DNA from: Macrostomum lignano
Lineage: Eukaryota
Direction of reading: 5' to 3'
DNA: 64,000 bases
Assembly (NCBI GenBank): GCA_002269645.1
Contig: NIVC01000837.1
Location: forward strand, 77,370-141,369
The notes under the pieces are model-generated. The model worked only from the letters and a program-made list of their open reading frames with translations, had not been told where the DNA came from and did not search any database. The translations under genes were made by a program, and so were the position numbers. The stretch's first letter is position 1. Every line of letters begins with the position of its first letter. Of the stretch, positions 1 through 12,180 are shown piece after piece.

Positions 1-3000
1 TGTGCGGCCGAAGCGGCCTGCAGCCATTGGTATTTGCCACTTACGCTCTGGGCTTTGGATTTGGTCTTGTCCTCGGCTTAATGGCCGACAAGTAAGTGGT
101 CGCTTTTTTTAATGCTATTTTCTGCTTTTACACCAGACGCCAGAGAATATCGAGCGCTATTGATATTGCTATAGATTGACAACTCTCTTTGTGACTATAC
201 TCTAGTATAAACCATGGATACTAACTACTCGTAGATGTGCCACACCCCAGAATATACGCTCATTCACTCTTCTTTCAGTAGCAAAATGTTCGTTTTTTTC
301 CTTTATATAAAAGTAATGTTTACAAAATGCTTGAAGCTTTTAAAGCTGCAACAATCACCGCCTGCTTTCTATACAAGAGGACCCATTAAATTAGCATGAA
401 GCTGCACCCAAATCCAGTGCGAGTGCATAGCGAGCTTGAGAAGGGGTAGTGCTCCAGTCCCAGCTAGACCGATAAACCGTTTCGCTACCTCTTGCCCGCT
501 TGTGTTTGACTTTGACCTCTCTCCTTTCTGCTCTCTGATTGGCTGAGCTAGATTGGGCCTGTCCCCTAGGCTGAGTTTCGTCCATCTTTGTGCGTTCGCT
601 TGTGTACATCGAGTTAAATGCTATCGACTTTCCTTTCTTGAGAAAGGAAAAGAAACTTTAGCTGCCATATAAAATTTTAAGAGACACTGCGCAGACAAAC
701 TACTGAAAAAGAGTAGATGCTGGAGTTTTTTCCCACAACTTTTAGTACGAGTTGCATAACTAGTATAGTTATTCTAGTATTTGCTGTATAGGCTTAGACT
801 AGCTACTAACAGTAGGCGACAATGTACATCTATTAAACAAATTTCACATCAAAATGCATCTCTCAGATTCGGCCGTCGACCAGTCGTGCTGATCAGCTGC
901 GCTGCCGAGCTGTCGCTCAGCTTAGCCGAATGTCTCGCCCCGAATCTGCCCGTCTATCTGACGCTGCACTTCTGCCGCGGCATATTCGCCACCGTCGGCC
1001 TGTTGGCCGCCGTCTGCGTCGCCGAATTCGTCGCCTGCCGGCATCGAGCTGCCGTGGCAAACCTGCTGTGGCTGTACTGGTGCTTCGGCTACGTGTCTGT
1101 GGCTGGCTTGGCCTACTTTGTGCGGCACTGGCGCTGGCTGCAGGTGTGCGCCTGCCTGACCTGCGTCTGCTACGTGGCCAGCTACTTGTAAGCTTGGGGA
1201 GAGTGAGGCTCGCTTTGCTAACTAGAGGCTTCACAAGCTAGGGACTTCACAGAGATATCACAAGCTGGAGATTCCACAAAAGCTTTCAAACAAATTTTCC
1301 AGTCTGCTGGAGGAGTCGCCGCGCTGGCTGATGGCCAACGGGCGCAACTCGGAGGCTCTGCGGGTTTGCCAGCGAATTGCCAAGATCAACCAGAGAAGCA
1401 TTCCGACTGCTACTGTTGAGCTGATGGTGAGATTTCAGTGGAGGATTTTCCATAGAGAAGAGGGGTTTCATGGTTTTAGGATTCCCTTTGGAAAGGTTTT
1501 AGGATTCCCCGTTGCAGTGATTTAGGATTCCTTGTGGAGCGGTTTTGGGATTTCCCGTGAGAGTGTTTCTGGGATTCCCCGTAGGAGTGTTTCTGAGATT
1601 CCCCGTAAGAGTGTTTCCGGGATTCCCCTTAGGAGTGTTACTGGGATTTCCCGTAAGAGTGTTTCCGGGATTCCCCGTTGCAGTGATTTAGGATTCCTCG
1701 TGGAGCGGTTTTGGGATTTCCCGTGAGAGTGTTTCTGGGATTCCCCGTAGGAGTGTTTCTGGGATTTCCCGTAAGAGTGTTTCCAGGATTCCCCTTAGGA
1801 GTGTTACTGGGATTTCCCTTAAGAGTGTTTCCGGGATTCCCCGTAGGAATGTTTCTGGGATACCCCGGGAGAGTGTTTCCGGGATTCCCCTTAGGAATGT
1901 TTCTGGGATTCCCCGGGAGAGTGTTTCCGGGATTCAACGTAGGAGTGTTTCTGGGATTCCCCGTAGGAGTGTTTCCGGAATTCCCCGTAGGAATGTTTCT
2001 GGGATTTCCCGTAAGAGTGTTTCCGGGATTCCCCTTAGGAGTGTTACTGGGATTTCCCGTAAGAGTGTTTCCGGGATTCCCCGTAGGAATGTTTCTGGGA
2101 TTCCCCGTAGGAGTGTTTCCGGAATTCCCCGTAGGAATGTTTCTGGGATTCCCCGAGAGAGTGTTTCCGAGATTCCTCTTAGGAGTGTTACTGGGATTTC
2201 CCGTAAGAGTGTTTCCGGGATTCCCCGTAGGAATGTTTCTGGGATTCCCCGGGAGAGTGTTTCCGGGATTCCCCTTAGGAATGTTTCTGGGATTTCCCGT
2301 AAGAGTGTTTCCGGGATTCCCCGTAGGAATGTTTCTGGGATTCCCCGGGAGAGTGTTTCCGGGATTCCCCTTAGGAATGTTACTGGGATTTCCCGTAAGA
2401 GTGTTTCCGGGATTTCAGTAGAAGTTCTAAGATTCTCCACAGTGAGCTCTGGGTTCCCTCAATTAGAAGGTGCATAGTAGGATAGTAGGATTAAGTATAT
2501 TAAAATGGCAACTAATGGAGCTGGAGAGTTTTCTAGATGAAAGAGAAAATTTAATGGGCAAAATATGTCGCTTCTACAGACAGCTCAGCGACCGGTGTTC
2601 CAGTCTGAGAGCCACATCAAGGAGCTTTTTAATACGCCCGTGATGCTGCGAAAGACCCTCGTGCTGTTTCTGGCTTGGTGAGCAGGTTTAGTTGTGTCAG
2701 AATATCTAGTGTTAAGTTAAATGTAATAAGATATAATTAAACGATAAAGATGATTAATCAACTCAATAAACGCACAGGTTCGCCATCAGCCTCACTTACT
2801 ACGGCGTCTCGCTTGACTCCGGCTTTGTTGTCGCTAGCAACGCTTTTGTCAGCACAGCGCTGTCAGGCCTCATCGAGGCACCGGCCTACGTGGCTGCCTG
2901 GCTGCTGGCCGACCGGCTGGGCCGACGGGTGCCCTCAATGGCGATGTACATCGGCCTGGGCGCCTGCCTGGCATTGCTCAACCTGCCTGACCGCGGTAAG

Positions 3001-4912
3001 GGTTGCTATGGGGGGAGAGGGTTGCTAAAGGAAAAAAACGGTTGCTATGAAGGCGGTGGAGGGTTGCTATAGGAGGGAAGCGAGTTGCTTTGGGGAGGGG
3101 ATACGGTTGCCACGAGAGGGAACAGGTTGCTATGAAAAGGGAAAGGGTTGCTATGAGAGCGAAGAGGGTTGCTATGGTAGGGAAAGGGTTGCTATGGGAG
3201 CGAAGAGGGTTGCTATGGTAGGGAAAAGGGTTGCTATGGGAGCGGAGAGGGTTGCTATGGTAGGGAAAAGGGTTGCTATGGGAGCGGAGAGGGTTGCTAT
3301 GGTAGGGAAAAGGGTTGCTATGGGAGCGGAGAGGGTTGCTATGGTAGGGAAAAGGGTTTCTATGGGAGCAGGTGTGAATCAAAATTAGAGTTGCATCAGT
3401 AGAAATTTACTCGTATGAAACATATTATATGACTATGACGAATCCGTGCACGAAGCCTAGTTAGTATTCAATTTCTAAGAATCAGCAAACGACCCCCATT
3501 TGCAGACTCGGTAATTTACACGCTAATTGCCCTGACCGCCAAGCTGCTGGTCACCAGCGCATTCTCGGTGCTGATTCACTATACAGCGGAAATCTGCCCG
3601 ACCTCTGTGCGCAACGCCGGCCTGTTCGCTTGCAGCGCCGTCGGCCGGGCCGCCTCGGTTGCCGCACCGTTCGTCGTGATGAACGGCGGCGCCGGCGTCT
3701 CCAGGCTGGCCGCCAGCGTCGGTTTCGCCTGCCTGAGCGTCGCCGCCGGCCTTGCGATCGGCGTCGGACTGCCGGAGACCCGCGGCCTGCCGCTGATGCA
3801 GAGCGTGCAGGAGGCCAACCTGGTCACGCCGTGAGGAGCTGGGGGGTCATTGCCCTCCCCTCCGTGTCTTGTGGATAGTTGGTCATTGCCCTCCCTTTCA
3901 TGTCTTGTGGATAGTTGGTCATTGCCCTCCCATGTCTTGTGGATAGTTGGTCATTGCCCTCCCCTCCGTGTCTTGTGGATAGTTGGTCATTGCCCTCCCT
4001 TCCATGGCTTGTGGATAGTTGGTCATTGCCCTCCCCTCCGTGTCTTGTGGATAGTTGGTCATTGCCCTCCCCTCCGTGTCTTGTGGATAGTTGGTCATTG
4101 CCCTCCCTTCCATGTCTTGTGGATAATTGGTCATTGCCCTCCCTTTCATGTCTTGTGGATAGTTGGTCATTGCCCTCCCTTCCATGTCTTGTGGATAGTT
4201 GGTCATTGCCCTCCCTTTCATGTCTTGTGGATAGTTGGTAATTGTTTCCCCTTTGTGTCTTGTGGGTTTGTTTACCTAGATTTGTCATTACCCACTGTCT
4301 CCACTGGTCATTACCCACTGTCTCACATTGGTCATTACCCACTGTCTCACATTGGTCATTACCCCTCTCTCACACTAGTCATTACCCACTGTCTACACTG
4401 GTCATTACCCACTGTCTCACATTGGTCATTACCCACTGTCTCACACTGGTCATTACCCACTGTCTCACACTGGTCATTACCCACTGTCTCACACTGGTCA
4501 TTACCCACTGTCTCACACTGGTCATTACCCACTGTCTCACACTGGTCATTACCCACTGTCTCACACTGGTCATTACCCACTATCTCACATTCCAAGATTC
4601 GAACCCATCTGCCCCAATTTCAGCGGCAGGGAGTCGCAATTTTTGGATCTGCTCAAAAAGCGTCGCGACGACATTGCCGTGTACTTTGTCGGTCAAGGCG
4701 GCTCGGCTGTTGCCATTGAAACGGCCAACGCTTCCTCATTCGGTTCCTCTCGCCCAGCCGAGTGGAGCCAGTGGAGCCAGCCGGAGCTCGAACCCGAGGA
4801 AGCGGTGAATTCGCCAGCGCCAGCCGCCGCAGCTGCCTCCGAGCCCGGCTATGATGACGACCCCGCCGTATTCTTCTCGTCGTCCAAGTATCTGATCAAT
4901 CCGTTCGCGTGA
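1..4912 (+). CDS. SLC22/MFS organic cation transporter-like gene, 3' part (5' end outside window); exons <1-91, 867-1187, 1303-1426, 2580-2677, 2778-2995, 3506-3830, 4624-4912
   Basis: Hand-spliced with GT..AG introns and matching phases. Family motifs: D(K)FGRRP (TM2-3 loop), ESPRWL, LTYYG, DRLGRR (TM8-9 loop), AEICPTSVRN, LPETRG. Stop at 4910-4912. Confidence 0.9.
1470..2415. repeat. 24-bp minisatellite (GGGATTCCCCGTAGGAGTGTTTCT-like), SLC22 intron
   Basis: Visible tandem array; 8-aa periodicity in ORF translations. Confidence 0.95.
2997..3365. repeat. 21/42-bp minisatellite (GGGTTGCTATG core), SLC22 intron, starts at the donor
   Basis: Alternating 21-bp units. Confidence 0.9.
3845..4250. 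repeat. 36-bp minisatellite (GGTCATTGCCCTCCC...GGATAGTT)
   Basis: About 11 tandem copies. Confidence 0.95.
4283..4590. repeat. 24-bp minisatellite (GGTCATTACCCACTGTCTCACACT)
   Basis: About 12 tandem copies. Confidence 0.95.
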
Positions 4913-5215
4913 TTGCCAGTTCAAGGACTTAGAGATTTACTTATGCTTTTGAGCGTATTGGGTGCCCAAAATAACGGATAAAAGCAGCGTTTTTTAAAAT
5001 CGATTTTTGTAGAATACATCTGATTACTGTTTTCTGACGAGTATATGTTTCTAACGTCTGAATATGTATCTGCGAGTGCAAAGTTGACTACTTGTTTTAA
5101 ATATTTCATAAGTAGTCTTGTAAGTACAAATGATAAATACTGACAGCTTTTTATTTCAAAGTCAATAATAATCATTTTAAAAACTGCTTTCCAGTTTTGT
5201 ATTTTACCGTTTTCA

Positions 5216-6065
5216 ATGGCTAGATTAGCAATCCATTTGACCTATTTGATAGATTGGCTAGATTAGCAATCCATTTGACCCATTTGATACATTGGCTAGA
5301 TTAGCAATCCATTTGACCTATTTGATAGATTGGCTAGATTAGCAATCCATTTGACCCATTTGATAGATTGGCTAGATTAGCAATCCATTTGACCTATTTG
5401 ATAGATTGGCTAGATTAGCAATCCATTTGACCCATTTGATACATTGGCTAGATTAGCAATCCATTTGACCTATTTGATAGATTGGCTAGATTAGCAATCC
5501 ATTTGACCCATTTGATAGATTGGCTAGATTAGCAATCCATTTGACCTATTTGATAGATTGGCTAGATTAGCAATCCATTTGACCCATTTGATAGATTGGC
5601 TAGATTAGCAATCCATTTGACCCATTTGATAGATTGGCTAGATTAGCAATCCATTTGACCTATTTGATAGATTGGCTAGATTAGCAATCCATTTGACCCA
5701 TTTGATAGATTGGCTAGATTAGCAATCCATTTGACCCATTTGATAGATTGGCTAGATTTGCAATCCATTTGACCTATTTGATAGATTGGCTAGATTAGCA
5801 ATCCATTTGACCCATTTGATAGATTGGCTAGATTAGCAATCCATTTGACCCATTTGATAGATTGGCTAGATTAGCAATCCATTTGACCCATTTGATAGAT
5901 TGGCTAGATTAGCAATCCATTTGACCCATTTGATAGATTGGCTAGATTAGCAATCCATTTGACCTATTTGATAGATTGGCTAGATTAGCAATCCATTTGA
6001 CCCATTTGATAGATTGGCTAGATTAGCAATCCATTTGACACATAGGATAGATTGGCTAGATTATC
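5216..6065. repeat. 38-bp minisatellite (ATTGGCTAGATTAGCAATCCATTTGACCCATTTGATAG)
   Basis: About 22 near-identical copies. Confidence 0.97.
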
Positions 6066-6244
6066 AAGCCATCTTTCATCGAATCATACTATAAAATTAA
6101 AAAAATGACATTAAAACATTTGTTTGATGATTTTATTATAAGAATTCGATAAGCACAAGCGCATATCTCTTAAATCGATTAGAAGGATAGATACAAGTCA
6201 ATCAATATCAATCAAAGTCAACAAACACATCTGCAACGATTTGT

Positions 6245-6514
6245 CTACAGAAACCTGGGCGTTGACTGCCGCATCTCCCAATAGACGGCAACGGCAGCAA
6301 TCATTATAAATATTGTCGGCATTGCCAGCAGTAGCACCATCACATTGTCAGTGCTGACGTCTTGAACGGCAATTGAGCGCAGTTTCGATCTAGGCAGGAC
6401 AATGTACGAGTCCGACTCTTTGTGCTCCAATACGTTGCGCCTGCAAGCGGCTACTTGGTCAGGGAGGAGCTGGATGAGGCAGAGCAGCAGCAGCAGAGGC
6501 TGGAATAGGGACAT
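6245..6514 (-). CDS. Small (~89 aa) putative single-pass membrane protein with N-terminal signal peptide
   Basis: ATG at 6514: MSLFQPLLLLLCLIQLLPDQVAA (signal-peptide-like), hydrophilic middle, VMVLLLAMPTIFIMIAAVAVYW (TM-like), short tail. GC-richer than AT-rich flanks. No family recognised; a possible donor near the 3' end means the gene may continue. Confidence 0.5.
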   Translation of the reverse strand: MSLFQPLLLLLCLIQLLPDQVAACRRNVLEHKESDSYIVLPRSKLRSIAVQDVSTDNVMVLLLAMPTIFIMIAAVAVYWEMRQSTPRFL

Positions 6515-6824
6515 CAGCTGTCGGCTTACTTTTACCTTCTTAGATTTTGGTACAATAACAAACAAGCTCCTTCCTTTGCAAGATGTTTAATTACAAACGC
6601 TATCTACGAGCGTATTCTATATACTACTAGAATGTACTGAGTATTCTGGGCCATAGACTACACGGCTTTGGCATCCCCTGAGCTTTTAAAATGATAGCGT
6701 TTTACATGTTCTCGTATTTCAGGACAGCAAACCAGAGAGATGATTCATTTTTAAAGCTTGTTTTATCTTGAAATCTTCAAAAATGTTTTCATTAATTTAC
6801 ATCCTCGAAAGTTAGAATCCTTAA

Positions 6825-6990
6825 TTAAAGTCCTCAAAATGTCACATCCTCAAAATGTCATGTCCTCACAATCTCACATCCTCAAAATTTCAGATCCTCA
6901 AACTGTCACATCCTCACAATATCACACCCTCAAAATGTCACAAAATCACAATGTGTCTCATCATGAAAATTTCACAGACTCAAAAATTAC
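6825..6990. repeat. Degenerate ~16-bp repeat (TCCTCAAAATGTCACA-like)
   Basis: Decayed tandem units. Confidence 0.6.
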
Positions 6991-7949
6991 ATATCAGAAG
7001 TACAAAAGAAAATGACATATTACTATAATTTCTAGTTCGTTGTGTAGCAAAACTAAGTAGCAATCAAGTTATTGCAGTCCTAACAAGTTCGATATCTTAA
7101 AAAACGTGGACTTTTATAGAATTTTTCACGTTTCTTGAGCATAGCGCAATTGCAACTGGCTACCCTCCACACAAAGAAACTCCACAAGTTGACAAAAACA
7201 ATTGCATTATAACTCGTAGAATCTTATTGTTGTCGACAGTAAAAATCGATAATAACAAGGTGTAGCTAAAATTCATATATAAACTTTTGAAAGATTAGTT
7301 AGTCAGTAGTACGCGCGCGGTTTTACCAACCGTTGGGAGACGAAGGAACTGGGGGGGGGGGGGGCCGTGGTGACAAGTCAGCGTGAGTCACACAGTGTTT
7401 TGTTGTTCCGGGCTTTTACATTATAAGCTTCTACTTATTGGGAATTGCAGAGTGAATTCCACAAAGCAAAGTTAAGTAGAGAGATTTATATGCATCTGTA
7501 AAATAGTCCCATACAGTACGATCCAAAGTTTTGCGCGGGCACTGCATGGAGAGAGGGGGGAACCAGTTGAGTCGGTGGTTTCCTCACGGAAGGGAAATAA
7601 TATGCTCTTCTATGCTCAAGTAGACAGAGAGAGAGAGGGGGGAGGAGTGTATTGGGAAGCGAAATGGGGATATTTGCACAGTCTAATTCCTGTCGCTGCA
7701 AACCACGGAAAATGGGAGTTGGGGCGGCTTTTCGCAAACAACTGAGTGCTGGCGGAGGGTGACAGGAGGGAGAAACGGGACTCCAGTGAGGGGGGGGGGG
7801 CTGTTCTCTCTCCATTTTCCTTTTGCCCCATGCTTTCCCGAATTTCCTCAACTCAACTCAATCAGGCTTGGGGGACAGGGACTCCGGTCTAGAATTCATC
7901 TACGGATTGGAAGCTAGTCAAAAAGAAAAAGGGATCGCTTCTAAAACTA

Positions 7950-8660
7950 ACTGAACATTTCACAAACTGGAGTCCTGGACACTTCACAAACAGGAAAATT
8001 CACAAACTGGACACTTCACAAACTAGACACTTCACAAACTGGACACTTCACAAACAGGAAAATTCTCAAACTGGACACTTCACAAACAGGAAAATTCTCA
8101 AACTGGACACTTCACAAACTGGACACTTCACAAACTAGACACTTCACAAACTGGACACTTCACAAACTGGACACTTCACAAACTGGACTCTTCACAAACT
8201 GGACTCTTCACAAACTGGACACTTCACAAACTGGACTCTTCACAAACTGGACTCTTCACAAACTGGACACTTCACAAACTGGACACTTCACAAACTGGAC
8301 ACTTCACAAACTGGACACTTCACAAACTGGACACTTCACAAACTGGACACTTCACAAACTGGACACTTTACAAACTGGACAACTGGACACTTCACAAACT
8401 GGACACTTCACAAACTGGACACTTCACAAACTGGACACTTCACAAACTGGACACTTCACAAACTGGACACTTCACAAACTGGACACTTCACAAACTGGAC
8501 TCTTCACAAACTGGACTCTTCACAAACTGGACTCTTCACAAACTGGACACTTCACAAACTGGACACTTCACAAACTGGTCACTTCACAAACTGGACACTT
8601 CACAAACTGGACACTTCACCAACTGGAAACTTCACAAACTACAGATTTCATAAACTATAG
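7950..8660. repeat. 16-bp minisatellite (TTCACAAACTGGACAC)
   Basis: About 40 copies. Confidence 0.97.
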
Positions 8661-9399
8661 ACTTAAAAAAAACAGAAATTCAACGGAGTTATCAGTATCT
8701 ATCATCGTCCGGGTGTGTTAGTAGTCCCTGAGGCTGGAGTGTGTCTGACATTCTTTTTAATAGAGAGGGCAGAGCCGAGATCGTCAATGATTTGAAACCG
8801 CAACAATTTCAATTTGCAGTGTCAGTTGCAGAACTGCATTCAGTCTGATTCTGTCACTGACTCACACTGGGCCTCTCTATTCTCTAATTAAATTGTCACT
8901 TCAAGATTGCACGACAATTGCGAACGATTCCAGGAAATTTGAATGGGAACCTGGGTGGAAGTGGCTGGAATTGAAAAATCGGCCCCCCCCCAATCCAATT
9001 CCCTCTTTGATCCCCTCTTCTGGCTATTTTTCAGCCGGATTTCGAAAGAACTGTGCGACCTCGATTCTGAAAAAAGCATAGGTGAGAGGTGATGAGCTCG
9101 GATGAAGAAGGAGACTGAGCTCTAATCCTCTGGCGGGCTCTCACTCATTCGCCTATCAGTGTTAGAAATCCCCTTAACTCATCACTATAGATTAGAATCC
9201 CAACCGTATGAGTGCGCGGCCTGGCTCACCTCCGCAATAGCTCAGCTCATGCTAGATTGAATCCCTAATCCTTTAGCTGGGGCCAAGATAAATAACCTCA
9301 GGGCCTTGAAGGCGTTCTCGAAAACTGAGCGACTGAATTAATACTGTGCCCACATATAAGCTGGGAATCCCGCTGCCAAGTCATCCGCTGCCGTGACAA

Positions 9400-9560
9400 G
9401 TTTTTGTGAAGTTTGGAGATTGTGAAGTTTAGGGATTGTGAAGCTTGGGGATTGTGGATCTTGGGGATTGTGAAGATTGGGGATTGTGAAGCATGGATTG
9501 GGAAGTTTGGGCATTGGTGAAGTTGGATGTCAATGGGGATTGTGAAATCTGGAGAGTTTG
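9400..9560. repeat. Degenerate ~16-bp repeat (GGGATTGTGAAGTTT-like)
   Basis: Decayed tandem units. Confidence 0.65.
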
Positions 9561-10154
9561 AGCCAGTTTCACAGCTGGTGACAGTCAGCTTTGCATTTCG
9601 ATCTTGTAAACAATAATAATAAGCAGAAGCTTTTTCTGTCAGTGCTTACTTCTAAAAGTCAAAGCAGCAATCAGCAATTTTGTCCGTCAGGCCTCAGCCA
9701 GAATTCCAACTACAAAGGCCAATAATTACCGGTCCCAGGTACTCGTAAAAGGGGAGTTTATCAAACGTGTTTAAGTCAGACAATTTCAAGATCTGTGAAG
9801 AAATATTCTGGAAAAAGAAGGTCGACAATGCTCATAATTGCAACATAATCGCACAGTTTATTGCACCAATTATAGTCCGTAAATTTTGGTTCAGCCGGCT
9901 ATAGCAAAATCTGCGACAATTATCGCCTAATCTGCAACAAAGGCACTGACGCATCCAATGCCAAATTTTCTGGCCTTGGACAATTTTCGCAAAATTACAG
10001 TAAATTACATAATGCTCCAATTATTTTGTTTGCGGCAATCAGCATCTTCTGCGGGGGATAAATTGCTTCTATTTTGCAATTGTTCCAATCATTCTTTTCC
10101 TTAGGGGTGACGTCTAAAAACAAGGAAAGTTGCCTTTTCAATATTGGTCAATGT

Positions 10155-10760
10155 CCAACTGCCCTAATCTGCTTCTACCTACGTCTCTTCATATCTACCC
10201 ATTCCTATCAACAATCAACATCTAACTGCCCTAATCTGCTTCTACCTACGTCTCTTCATATCTACCCATTCCTATCAACAATCAACATCTAACTGCCCTA
10301 ATCTGCTTCTATCTACCTCTCTTCATATCTACCCATTCCTATCAACATCTACTCACCTCTAGAAAAATATAAACGCCTCTACAAACATCTACCCACCTCT
10401 ACAAACATCTACCCACCTCTACAAACATCTACCCACCTCTACAAACATCTACCCACCTCTACAAACATCTACCCACCTCTACAAACATCTACCCACCTCT
10501 ACAAACATCTACCCACCTCTACAAACATCTACCCACCTCTACAAACATCTACCCACCTCTACAAGCATCTACCCACCTCTACAAACATCTACTTACCTCT
10601 ATAAGCATCTACCCACCTTTACAAACATCTACCCACCTCTACAAACATCTACCCACCTCTACAAACATCTGCCAACCTCTACAAACATCTATTTACCTCT
10701 ACAAGCATCTACCCACCTCTACAAACATCTACCCACCTCTACAAACATCTACCCATCTCT
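10155..10760. repeat. ~65-bp unit x3 followed by 20-bp minisatellite (ACAAACATCTACCCACCTCT)
   Basis: Visible tandem units. Confidence 0.9.
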
Positions 10761-11046
10761 ACCAAATCTGCAGTTTTGTTCACAGTTGACAAGCTTCAAT
10801 AATTTTTTATTTTTAATATTTTTTAGCGTATTTTCAGCGTATTTTTGGAATGCATACACTCTAATACATTCCAAATCTTTCCAAAATTCTTCCGGCCAGT
10901 CAGCCAGTCAGTTGTTAAACTCAATTAAATTAGCCGGCACTGCACTAAGTGAGGCGCACAGCAATAGACATTGTCCGTCAGATCCTTCAGTTGGCGAAAT
11001 CGGAGAACTGTTGGCCCAGCAGAGCTGCTAAGTGGAATCACATTTC

Positions 11047-11049
<3 letters not shown>

Positions 11050-11092
<43 letters not shown>
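11050..11092. repeat. (CT)n microsatellite
   Basis: Direct. Confidence 0.95.
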
Positions 11093-11097
<5 letters not shown>

Positions 11098-11414
11098 CCA
11101 CTCTGGCGATATATGGTTTGGAAGCTCGGCTTTTCCAACTGGGGTCTGTCAATTCTCTAAGAAATTCCCCCCCCCTCTTGGACCCCCCGTTGGCTCAAAA
11201 ATCCCTTCGCGCTGTTCACTTCTTTGGCGAAAATTTTCCTGGGAATAACGTGGAAGTTTCTATTTCTATTTTAACGCATAGGGTTGAATATTTTGTCGAC
11301 AGGATATTTCCATGAAAGCCAAAAATGGAGTGCACTTACCGGTCGAGGATCGTAATTGTTTGAGATCCTCATCCCAGATTCTCCTTTTCTTAAGATTCTA
11401 AAGAATCTTATTTT

Positions 11415-12180
11415 TTCCAGATCCCTTCCTTTTAGATCCCATCCTTCCAGATCCCATCCTTTTAGATCCCATCCTTCTAGATCCCATCCTTCTAGATCCC
11501 ATCCTTTTAGATCTCATGCTTCTAGATCTCATGCTTCCAGATCCCATCCTTCCAGATCCCATCCTTCTAGATCCCATCCTTCTAGATCTCATCCTTCTAG
11601 ATCTCATGCTTCTAGATCTCATCCTTCTAGATCTCATCCTTCTAGATCCCATCCTTTTAGATCTCATGCTTCCAGATCCCATCCTTTTAGATCCCATCCT
11701 TCTAGATCCCATCCTTCTAGATCCCATCCTTTTAGATCTCATGCTTCTAGATCTCATGCTTCCAGATCCCATCCTTCCAGATCCCATCCTTCTAGATCCC
11801 ATCCTTCTAGATCTCATCCTTCTAGATCTCATGCTTCTAGATCTCATCCTTCTAGATCTCATCCTTCTAGATCCCATCCTTTTAGATCTCATGCTTCCAG
11901 ATCCCATCCTTCCAGATCCCATCCGTCCAGATCCCATCCTTCCAGATCCCATCCTTCCAGATCCCATCTTTCCATATCCCATCCGTCCAGATCCCATCCT
12001 TCCAGATCCCATCCGTCTAGATCCCATGCTTTTAGATCCCATCCTTCTGTAGATCCCATCCTTTTAGATCTCATGCTTCTAGATCCCATCCTTCTAGATC
12101 CCATCCTTCCAGATCCCATCCTTCTATATCCCATTCTTCTAGATCCCATTCTTCTAGATCCCATGCATCTAGATTCCATT
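11415..12180. repeat. 15-bp minisatellite (AGATCCCATCCTTCT)
   Basis: About 50 copies; 5-aa periodic pseudo-ORFs. Confidence 0.97.

Noticed and set aside
1638-4808. Long periodic ORFs over the SLC22 introns (e.g. 1711-2421, 3850-4719)
   Set aside because: Translations of minisatellites, open in several frames and both strands, lying inside clean GT-AG introns.
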